From assembly GCA_963832165.1 (NCBI GenBank), contig CAWHTE010000007.1:896001-960000 (forward strand): a stretch of 64,000 bases of DNA, given 5' to 3'. Position 1 is the stretch's first letter, and the number at the start of each line of letters is the position of its first letter. A program made the translations under genes and the position numbers. Of the stretch, positions 31,430 through 40,792 are shown piece by piece. Under the pieces are notes generated by a model, which saw nothing but the letters and a program-made list of their open reading frames with translations, was not told the DNA's origin and did not search any database. The stretch is from an uncultured delta proteobacterium (GTDB lineage: Bacteria; Myxococcota_A; UBA9160; SMWR01).

Positions 31430-31933
31430 ATGACGCGTCTTCACTATCGAACTGCGCTCGCCGGATTCACCGCCGCCTGGCTGCTTTTCGCCGTGGCGCC
31501 GCCGGCGGCGGGGGCCGATGGGCTCGAGCTCCGCAACGCCGTCTTCCAGGAGGTCGACGTCAAGGCGGCCGATGGAACCACGAGTCGCGAGCGCGTGCCC
31601 GCAGCGAAGGTCGTGCCGGGCACCGAGGTGATCTACGTGATCACCTATCGCAACGGGGGCGAGCAGCCCGCGACCGACGTCGTGATCACCAACCCGGTCC
31701 CGTCGGAGCTCGCCTACGTGCCCGAGGGCCAGCCCGGCGCGTCCGCGGCTCCCGAGGTCTCCGTGGACGCGGGCAAGCACTGGGGCGCGCTCGCTTCGCT
31801 GCGCGTGCTCGGGGCCGACGGCAAGCCGCGCGCGGCCCAGGGCAGCGATGTCACGCACCTGCGCTGGAAGCTCGGCGCCCCCGTTCGCGCCGGCGAAGAG
31901 GGGTCCGTCAGCTACCGCGCGGTCCTCGAATAA
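31430..31933 (+). CDS. Secreted single-domain DUF11-like protein (putative chaperone/terminator)
   Basis: RBS GAGGAGG; signal peptide; VVPGTEVIYVITYRNGG..ATDVVITNPVP..VTHLRW..SVSYRAVLE. Confidence 0.75.
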   Translation: MTRLHYRTALAGFTAAWLLFAVAPPAAGADGLELRNAVFQEVDVKAADGTTSRERVPAAKVVPGTEVIYVITYRNGGEQPATDVVITNPVPSELAYVPEGQPGASAAPEVSVDAGKHWGALASLRVLGADGKPRAAQGSDVTHLRWKLGAPVRAGEEGSVSYRAVLE

Positions 31934-31996
31934 CACGATTTCCGTGATCTGAAGAAGAACCAGAACCAGTTACACGCTGAACCAGAAGCAGGAGCG

Positions 31997-33104
31997 ATGA
32001 TCCCCATGAGACCCTTCCACTCGAGATTCCTCGCCGTCCTCGCGGGCACGCTGTTCGCAGCCGCCCAGGCGGCCGCCCTCGGCGCCGATACCAATGCAGG
32101 GACGGACATCAGCAACACGGCCACGGTCGACTACGTGGTGGGCACCGTGAACCAGCCCGACGTGAACTCCAACACGGCCACCTTCGAGGTCGACCGGAAG
32201 CGTCCTCCTGACCGTCGCCGAGGTCGGCGGCGCCTACACGGACGTGGCGCCCGGCGATGTCGAGCAGGCGCTCACGTTCACGGTCACCAACGACACCAAC
32301 GGGCCGGTCGACTTCCGGCTCGTCGCCAGCCAGGACGCCACCGGGACCACGGAGGCTCACGGCGGCACGGACGACTTCGATGCGGCCACCCCCGTGGTGA
32401 TCATCGATTCGAACGGCAGCGGCAGCTACGAGGTGGGCGTCGACACGGGATCCTTCCTCGACGAAGTTCCCGAAGGCGCGACGCGCACGGTGTTCATCGT
32501 ATCGACGATCCCGATTCGCCAGCCCAACGGCGACACCGCGGGTCTCACGCTCACGGCGCACGCGGCCCTGGCCGGCGTCGCCGCGACGCTCGGCGCAGAC
32601 CTCGCCGAGAGCGCTAGCGACGATCGGACCGACGGTCATCGACACGGTGCTCGCCGACATCGCGGGCGATACCGACGGAGCGCGCGACGGCGCCCACAGC
32701 GACGACGACGCGTACCGCATCCAGACCGCGACGCTCACGGTGACCAAGACGTCCACCGTGATCAGCGATCCGTTCAACAACCTCGCCAATCCCAAGCGCA
32801 TTCCGGGCGCGGTGGTCGAGTACTGCGTCACGGTGGAGAACGGCGGAGACGCGGATGCCACTCTCCGTGGTGCTCACCGACGTCCTGACCGGCCAGCCGG
32901 TGACCTATCAGGCGAGCAGCCTGTTCACGGTGGACACGGGCGCCGACTGCACGGGTGGCGACGCGGAAGACGACGACGCCGCCGGGGCGGACGAGACGGA
33001 CGACAACGGCGCCTCGGAGAGCTTCCGGGACGGTTTCGGCGACGTTCCAGACCGTGCCGGCCGGTGCCGGCAAGGCGATGCGCTTCCGTGTGACGATCAA
33101 CTAG
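31997..33104 (+). CDS. Secreted DUF11-repeat protein, putative pilin B (about four frameshifts near 32200, 32630, 32863, 33030)
   Basis: Joined frames: signal peptide, TNAGTDISNTATVDY..VNSNTATFEVD, LTFTVTND, TLTVTKTSTVISDPFNNLANPKRIPGAVVEY, VVLTDVL, final KAMRFRVTIN-stop at 33104. Paralogous to 30426-31415. Confidence 0.7.
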
Positions 33105-33225
33105 GCGTCGCGAATCGTGCTCCGAGGCAGCGGGTGCGCCGGATTCCGGCGCACCCGCTGCACGCAGCGCGAGCGGCCGCATGTACTGCGAGCGCGTGAG
33201 GTCGGTTTGGCGCCGCTATCTCGCG

Positions 33226-36200
33226 ATGGCGCGCCAGACGACCGCGCGGACGGCGCTCGGCGTGCTTCTGGTGGCCGCTTTCGGCGCCCAGGCGGCCACC
33301 GTCTCGAACACCGCGCGGCTCTCCTACCTCGATCCGACCGGCGGACCGGTCGATCAGCCCTCGAACACGGTCACGTTCCAGACTGCCCCGGGCCTCTCTC
33401 CCGGACTAGTGACACTTCTGCGTTTCGCACCCGGCGGGGGTTTGGCACAGCCGACCCAGGCGGACGGAGCGTCATGCGGAAACGGTGCGGGCGGATTCTG
33501 CGCCGTCGCCCTCGCTCTGGGCGAATGGCGGCGCGCTCGATCTCTCCGCACCGGTGCCGCTGCTCGACGCCACGTCGTATCACGCGGGCGAGCCCGTATT
33601 CCTCACACTCACCGACTCGAATCGCAACGCGGATCCACTGCTGCGCGAAACGATCGACGTGCGCATCACGACGAGCGGCGGCGACCAGGAAGATCTGCGC
33701 CTGCAGGAGACTGGACCCGACACGGGCATGTTCGCGGGTGGAATCCAGAGCGCGCGCATTCCGCCACCTCTCGCGGCCTTCGATTGCCGGCTCTCTCTTC
33801 CCGAAAACACCATGCTCTCCGCGGACTACGTCGATGCGATGGACGCGTCCGACACCAGCGAGGATCAGGCGCTCGTCGACCCGTTCGGGTTCGCGTTCGA
33901 TTCGGCGAGCGGGACCCCGATCGATGGCGCGCAGATCACGTTGATCGACGTCGACACCGGATTGCCAGCGACCGTATTCGGCGACGACGGCACGAGCGCC
34001 TTTCCCGCGAGCGTCACGACGGGCGGCAGCGCCACGGACAGCGGAGGCGCGCTCTACACCTTCCCGCCAGGTGGCTTTCGCTTCCCGGTCGTCCCGACTG
34101 GCAACTATCGCTTCGAGATCACGCCGCCGCCGACCCACTCGGCGCCTTCGACCGTTCCGCCGAGCGTGCTCGCCGACGTACGGAGTCCGAGTGGCGACCC
34201 GTATGCGATCGTCACGGGCTCGTTCGGAGATGTCTTCGTGGTGATGCCGGGCCCGACGCTGCGCATCGACGTGCCACTCGATCCGCTCGGCGCCGGTGGA
34301 CTCTCGCTCGAGAAGCTCGCGTCGCGCGAAGAGGTCTGGGCGGGTGACTTCGTGCAGTACCAGCTGCGGCTGCGCAACGCGAGCGCGGCGCTCGGTACCG
34401 GTGTGCAGCTCACCGACGTGCTGCCGTTCGGGTTCCGCTACCAGTCGAGCTCGCTGCGCTACGGCGGGCTGCGGCGGCCGGACCTGCCGCCCCCGCTCGA
34501 AGCGGGCGACGGGCGCACGCTGACGATCCCGGCGGGCGACCTTCGCACCGGGCGCGACGCTGCTCGTCACCTACGTGGCCGAGGTCACGGCGGGCGCGCC
34601 GCCCGGCGACGCGGTCAACAGCGCGATCGGCCGCGCGGACGGCGGCGTCACCACGAACCAGGCGAATGCGTCGGTGCGCGTGAAGGAGCCGTTCTTCGGC
34701 AGCTGCGCGGTGCTGGTCGGCCGCGTCGTGGAGGGCGAGTGCACCACGCCACAGGAAGAGCTCGGCGGCGTCGGAAACGTCCGCCTGCTGCTCGACGACG
34801 GCACCTACACCAGCACCGACCCGAACGGCCAGTTCCACTTCGAGAAGGTCTGCGACGGAACGCACGTGGTGCAGCTCGATCTCGAGAGCCTGCCGCCCGA
34901 CAGCGAGGTGATTCCGTGCATCCAGAACACGCGCTTCGCGGGCCGCTCGTTCTCGCAGTTCGTCGACGTGCAGGGCGGCACGCTCTGGCGCACCGACTTC
35001 TACGTGCGGCGAAAGCCGAACGCATCGGGCGCTCCCGCTGCTGAGACCACACCGGCGCCGAAGCCGGCGCCCCCGGCCCCGGACGCGCTCGCGGCGCGCG
35101 CGCCGCGATCCCCGACGACGTGATCGCGGCGGGCGGAAAGATCGACTGGCTCCAGGAGGCGATGCGCGCGGCCGGCCCGGGATGGCTGTTCCCGCGCGAG
35201 AACCACAATCCGCGCGCGCCCACGCTGCGCGTCGCGATCCGACACGATCCGGCGCATCACGTCGAGCTCTCGAACGGCGGCACGCCCGTCGACCCGCTCA
35301 CGTTCGACGGCACCCAGATGAGCGCCGACGGCCGCATCGCGGTGAGCGTGTGGCGCGGCATTCCGCTCGTCGAGGGCGACAACGAGCTCGTCGCGCGCGA
35401 TCGTGGACAAGGCCGGCAACACGGTCATGAAGCTCTCGCGCGTGATCCACTTCGCGAACGCACCCGCGCGCGCCGAGCTCGTGCCCGAGCAGTCCGTGCT
35501 CGTCGCCGACGGAATCGCCAAGCCGGTGATCGCCGTGCGCCTGCTCGATCGCGACGGAAGGCCCGTACGCGCCGGTATCACCGGGTCCGTTCACGATCGG
35601 ACCGCCCTACGTGCCGAAGAATGCAATCGACCAGCAGCAGCGGCGCCAGCTCGCGGGTCTGGATCGCTTCCAGCCCACGTATCGCGTCGAGGGCGACGAT
35701 GGCATCGCCTACATCGAGCTTCAGCCCACCACCGAGAGTGGCCAGGTGGTGCTCGACTTCGCGTTCCAATCCGATCGCGAGCTCGAGCACAACGTGCGGC
35801 ACGAGCAGCTGCGCACCTGGCTCGAAGCCACCCAGCGCGACTGGGTGATGGTCGGCTTCGCCGAGGGATCGCTCGGTTACGAGACGCTGTCCGGGAACAT
35901 GGAGGCGCTCGACGAGACCGGACACGAGGACGACGACGAGGTCACGACGGACGGCCAGATGAGCTTCTACACGAAGGGGCGAGTGATCGGGAAGTGGCTC
36001 TTGACCGTCGCCTACGAGTCGGATCGCCACGAGCAGATGCCGGTCCGCGACGACGAGACGCTCGCCGCAGGTGATCGACCCCGACGAGTTCTACACGATC
36101 TACGGCGACGGCAGCGAGCAGCGCTACGGCGCGCCGAGCCAGAAGAAGCTCTACGTCAAGCTCGAGCGGCCGCAGTTCTACGCGCTGTTCGGCGACTACG

Positions 36201-38503
36201 AAACCGGCCTCACGCAGACCGAGCTCGCGCGCTACAGCCGCTCGCTCACGGGCTTCAAGTCGGAGTACGGCGGCTCCGTTTTCCAGTACAACGCGTTCGC
36301 GTCGGATACGGCGCAGCGCTACGTGCGCGACGAGATCCAGGGCGACGGCACGTCGGGGCTCTACCGCCTGTCCGGCCGGCACATCGTGATCAACAGCGAG
36401 AAGATCGCGCTCGAGACGCGCGACCGGCTCCAGAGCCACGAGATCCTCGAGAGCCGCGTCCTGCTGCGTCACATCGACTACGACATCGACTACACCAACG
36501 GCACCCTGTTCTTCCGCGAGCCGATCTTCTCGCGCGACACGGCCTTGAATCCGATCTTCATCGTGGCCGACTACGAAGTCGAGGACGGCGGCGAGGACGA
36601 GCTCAACGCGGGCGGGCGCGCATCGACCCGGCTGCTCGACGGCCGGCTCGAGGCGGGCGTGTCGTTGATCCGCGACGCCGAGGCGTCGAGCGAGACCGAC
36701 CTCGGCGGCGTCGATCTGAAGGTGAAGCTCCTTCCCAACACCCAGCTGCGCCTCGAAGCGGCCGGCAGCAAGGGCGAGCTGGCCGGGGATGACCTCGAGG
36801 GGGGCGCCTACCTCGCCGAGATCGAGCATTTCGGCGAGCGCTTCGACTCCGTGGTGTACGCGCGGCGTCAGTCTGACGAGTTCGGGGTCGGCCAGCAGTT
36901 CAGCGCCGAGTCCGGCCAGGAGAAGCAGGGCCTGCTCGGCCGCGTGCCGCTCGGCGAGAAGACCGCGATCACGGGCGAGGCCTATCGCCAGGAGAATCGG
37001 ACCAGCGAGGTGGAGCGCCTGGCCGGCGTGATGCGTCTCGAGCGCAGCTTCGAGAAGGGCAAGGTGTTCGGCGGCGCACAGTACGCGCGCGACGAAGACT
37101 CGCAGGGCGACGAGTTCGAGTCGCAGCAGATCGTACTCGGCGCGAGCCGCAAGTTCCTCGCCGACAAGCTCGAGCTGCTCGGTCAGGGCGACGTGTCGAT
37201 CGGCGGCAAGGACGACAGCATCGACTTCCCGAGCCGTTACCTCGCGCAGGCCGGCTACGACCTGACCAAGTCCGTGAAGCTGATCGTCGCGGAGGAGGTC
37301 ACGAGCGGCTCCTCGTTCGACACCCAGACCACGCGCGCGGGTGCGATCGTGAATCCGTGGAAGGGCGCGAAGCTGAACAGCACCGTCAACCAGGACCTCG
37401 GCGAGTACGGTCCGCGCACGTTCGGATTGCTGGGCCTCACGCAGTCCGTGCTGCTCGGCGAGCGCTGGGGCGTGGACGTCGGCGTCGACCAGAGCACGAC
37501 CTTCGCGGGCTCGCGCCGCGCGGATCAACCTCCGCAGATCAACCCGGGCTATCCGATCGCTGCGGGATCGGGGCACGTGGCGCGCACCGCGACCGGCACC
37601 CCGGGTGTGTTTGGCCTGTCCACCGAGGACTTCATGGCCGTGTCGGCCGGCGCCACGTACCGCGCGGACCTCTGGTCTTTGAACACGCGCGGCGAGCTGC
37701 GCGATGGCGAGAGCGACGACCGCTGGGGCGTGGTGGCGAACTTCCTGCGCGAGGCTCGCGCGGGCGTCGCGTTCGCGAGCTCCGGGCGCTTCTTCGAGGC
37801 CGAGCGCGCGGGGGGTACCGAGGGACTGTTCGGTAGCGTCGACCTCTCATGGGCCTATCGCCCGCTCGGCAGCCGCTGGTCGCTGCTCGACCGGCTCGAA
37901 TTCAGCCTCGATCAGCTCGACGGCGGCACGGGCGTGCCGGGCTCCGGTTTGTTCGGCGCCAACAGCCTCACGACGACCGGCGACGCCGTCTCGCGTGCGG
38001 TGGTCAACAACTTCAACCTGAACCGCGTCTCGCGCGCGTGGACCGCGAAGGACCGCAAGGGCAATCTCTTCGACCTGAACCAGCGCAACCAGTGGTCGTT
38101 CTACTACGGCTCGAAATACTCGTTCGACGAGTATGACGGCGTCTCGTACACGGGCTACACGGATCTGATCGGTGCGGAGTGGCGCTTCGATCTCACGACC
38201 TGGCTCGACATCGGCGCGCAGACCTCGATGCTGCACTCGTGGAACGCCGAGAACTACCAGTTCTCGGCCGGTCCGTCGGTGGGCTTCTCGCCGATCGCGA
38301 ACAGCTGGATCAGCATCGGCTACAACGTGATCGGATTCCGTGATCCCGACTTCGACGCGGCGCGCTACACCGCGCAGGGCGTGACCTTGAAGCTGCGAAT
38401 CAAGTTCGACCAGCTGACGCGTCTTCCGGGTCACGACAAGGACGATCCGCGCGCGGTCAGCCCGTTCGCGTGGCCGGGCCGTGCCGAGGGCGAGCCGCGA
38501 TGA
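33226..38503 (+). CDS. Large (~1,760 aa) outer-membrane protein: N-terminal NTA segment, Ig/DUF11/SdrD-B-like domains, C-terminal beta-barrel (about six frameshifts)
   Basis: Pieces in ORFs 33181, 33485, 34575, 35120, 35403, 35611 and 36071 follow each other without gaps. Signal peptide ..AQA/ATVSNTARLSY; complete DUF11 LEKLAS..TDVLP..AVNSA; many amphipathic strands ending GYNVIGFRD..GVTLKLRIKF. Confidence 0.7.
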
Positions 38504-39999
38504 GGGTATGGAAGGCGATCGCACTGCTCGCGCTGCTGGCGACGCTGGCCCCCGAGGTCGCACGCGCCTACGGCGTGAACCAGTGTGCCGGCGATCGCTT
38601 CGGGTCGAACCTCGGCTGCACTGCCAACGACGTCCAGATCACGAACATGCAGGCGCTGAGCGCGCCGCCGTCGTGTGTGGGCGGCGGGACGATCTCGCTC
38701 GATCTCCTGCTCACGGTCAACTTCGGCAGCGCGAGCCGCTGGGACGTCGGCATCTTCCTCTCGAACGATGGAAAGAATCCGCAGCTCACGGTGGCCAACG
38801 GTGGATCGAACAGCTGCTCGGTGGCGATCCTGCCGACGACGAGCCCATTCCTGAATCTCGACTCGAACGGCGGCACGGATACCTGCGGCGACGGCAACAG
38901 CTCGATCGGGGGTGGAACGGGCAGCGGCCAGTTCGTCATGACCAACGTCACCGTGAAGTGTCAGGCGCTCAGCAGTAGTGGTCAGCTCTGGGTGCCATTC
39001 GTCGTGAGCTGGGACAACCAGGCCAGTCCGTCGGGCCTCACGTGCCGGACGGTCGCCGATCCGGTGCCGAACACGAAGTCGAAGTGCAACGCGCCCGTGA
39101 TCGGGCTGACGCCGCAGGTGATCGTGTTGCCCACGATCACGAAGACCGACGGAAAGACCCAGATCACGCCGGGCGAACCCAATACGTATACGATCGCGAT
39201 CACGAACAACACCGGCATCACCCTCTCCGCGGGCAACGGCAACGCGGCGCTGTTCAAGGACCCGGCCGTCACCAATCTCGCGGTGAGCAGCGTCACCTGC
39301 GCCGTGACCACGGGCACGGCCACGTGTCCCGCCGCCGGCAGCGTGACGGTGGCGGCGATGCAGGGCGCCGGGATCACGATCCCGTCGATGGCGGATGGCA
39401 GCGTCGTGACCTTCACCGTGAATGCACAGCTCAATGGGAACCCCACCGGCACCCTCACCAACGTCGCGACCGTGACGTCGAACGGGCAGACTGCGAGCGC
39501 GAGCGACGCGGATACGATCGTCTACCCGAGCCTCGTCAACGTGAAGAGCTCGCAGGCGGTGAGCGATCCATACAACGGCACCACCAACCCCAAGCGCATT
39601 CCCGGCGGTGCCGTGCGCTACGACGTCGCGGTCAGCAACACCGGGCCCGGCACCGTCAACACGGATACGCTCTTCGTCTACGATGCGGTTCCCGCCAGCA
39701 CCGATCTCTACGTCACCGACATCGGAGGGGCGGGGTCGGGACCGGTCGCGTTCAGCAATGGCTCCCCCACGAGCGCGCTCACCTATACGTTCACCTCGCT
39801 CGCGAGCACCACCGACGATCTCAGCTTTTCGAACAACGGCGGCGCCACGTACAACTACACCCCGGTCCCGAACGGGAACGGGGTGGACCCGACCGTCACG
39901 CACCTGCGCATCAACCCGAAGGGCACGTTCGCGGGCGACCCCGTGGCGGGCGCTCCCAGTCCGATCTGCACGATGAGTTTCCGCGTTCGCATCGAGTAA
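38500..39999 (+). CDS. Secreted Cys-rich DUF11 protein, putative tip adhesin
   Basis: ATGA overlap with the barrel gene; signal peptide; Cys-rich N-domain; complete DUF11 (TITKTD..FKDP..TLTNVATV); C-terminal VKSSQAVSDPYNGTTNPKRIPG..YDAVP..MSFRVRIE. Confidence 0.72.
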   Translation: MRVWKAIALLALLATLAPEVARAYGVNQCAGDRFGSNLGCTANDVQITNMQALSAPPSCVGGGTISLDLLLTVNFGSASRWDVGIFLSNDGKNPQLTVANGGSNSCSVAILPTTSPFLNLDSNGGTDTCGDGNSSIGGGTGSGQFVMTNVTVKCQALSSSGQLWVPFVVSWDNQASPSGLTCRTVADPVPNTKSKCNAPVIGLTPQVIVLPTITKTDGKTQITPGEPNTYTIAITNNTGITLSAGNGNAALFKDPAVTNLAVSSVTCAVTTGTATCPAAGSVTVAAMQGAGITIPSMADGSVVTFTVNAQLNGNPTGTLTNVATVTSNGQTASASDADTIVYPSLVNVKSSQAVSDPYNGTTNPKRIPGGAVRYDVAVSNTGPGTVNTDTLFVYDAVPASTDLYVTDIGGAGSGPVAFSNGSPTSALTYTFTSLASTTDDLSFSNNGGATYNYTPVPNGNGVDPTVTHLRINPKGTFAGDPVAGAPSPICTMSFRVRIE

Positions 40000-40008
40000 G
40001 ATGCGGGC

Positions 40009-40776
40009 GTGGAACTCGGGTTGGCGGGCACTTCGGCGGCGGTGATCGGCGCCGGGCAGGGGATCGGTCGCGCGACCTCGCTCCTGCTCGCGCGTGCGGG
40101 CGCGCGCGTGGCGCTCGTCGACGAGGTCGAGGAGCGGGCGCGCGCGGTGGCGCGCGAGGTGAAGGAGTGCGGCGTCGACGCGCTCGTGATCGCCGCCGAC
40201 GTCACCGACGCGAAAGCGGCCGAGGCGGCGATCGAGCGCGCCCACGCAGAGCTCGGAGGGCTCGCGAGCGTGATCAACATCGTGGGCGCTGCGAGCTGGG
40301 CGCCGCTGCTCGAGCTCGACGACGACACCTGGCATCGCGACTTCCGCGTGAACCTCGAGCACCACCTCCACGTGGCGCGCGCCGCCGCCGCGCGCTGGCG
40401 CGGCACCGCCGGCGCGGGCAGCCTCGTCGCGGTGGCGAGCGTTTCGGGGGTGTTCGCAGCGCCGCGGCACGGCGCCTACGGCGCGGCCAAGGCGGGTCTG
40501 CTCTCGCTCGTGCGGACGATGGCGGAGGAGTGGTGGCCGAGCGTGCGCGTGAACGCAGTGGTGCCGGGCATGGTGCGCACGCCGCGGATCGAGGGGATGT
40601 GGGCCCGCGGTGAGATCGCGCGCCCCACCGACGACATGCTGGATCGGATGGCGGAGCCCGAGGACATCGCGGGTGCCGCGGTATTCCTGTGCTCGGCTCT
40701 CGCGCGCCGCATCACGGGCCAGGCGATCGTGGTCGACGGCGGCACGAGCACGCGCTTCCCCTATCCGATGTCCTGA
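40009..40776 (+). CDS. Short-chain dehydrogenase/reductase
   Basis: GAGQGIG, YGAAKAG, VRVNAVVPG. Confidence 0.9.
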   Translation: MELGLAGTSAAVIGAGQGIGRATSLLLARAGARVALVDEVEERARAVAREVKECGVDALVIAADVTDAKAAEAAIERAHAELGGLASVINIVGAASWAPLLELDDDTWHRDFRVNLEHHLHVARAAAARWRGTAGAGSLVAVASVSGVFAAPRHGAYGAAKAGLLSLVRTMAEEWWPSVRVNAVVPGMVRTPRIEGMWARGEIARPTDDMLDRMAEPEDIAGAAVFLCSALARRITGQAIVVDGGTSTRFPYPMS

Positions 40777-40792
40777 ACGCCTCGGAGGAGAT

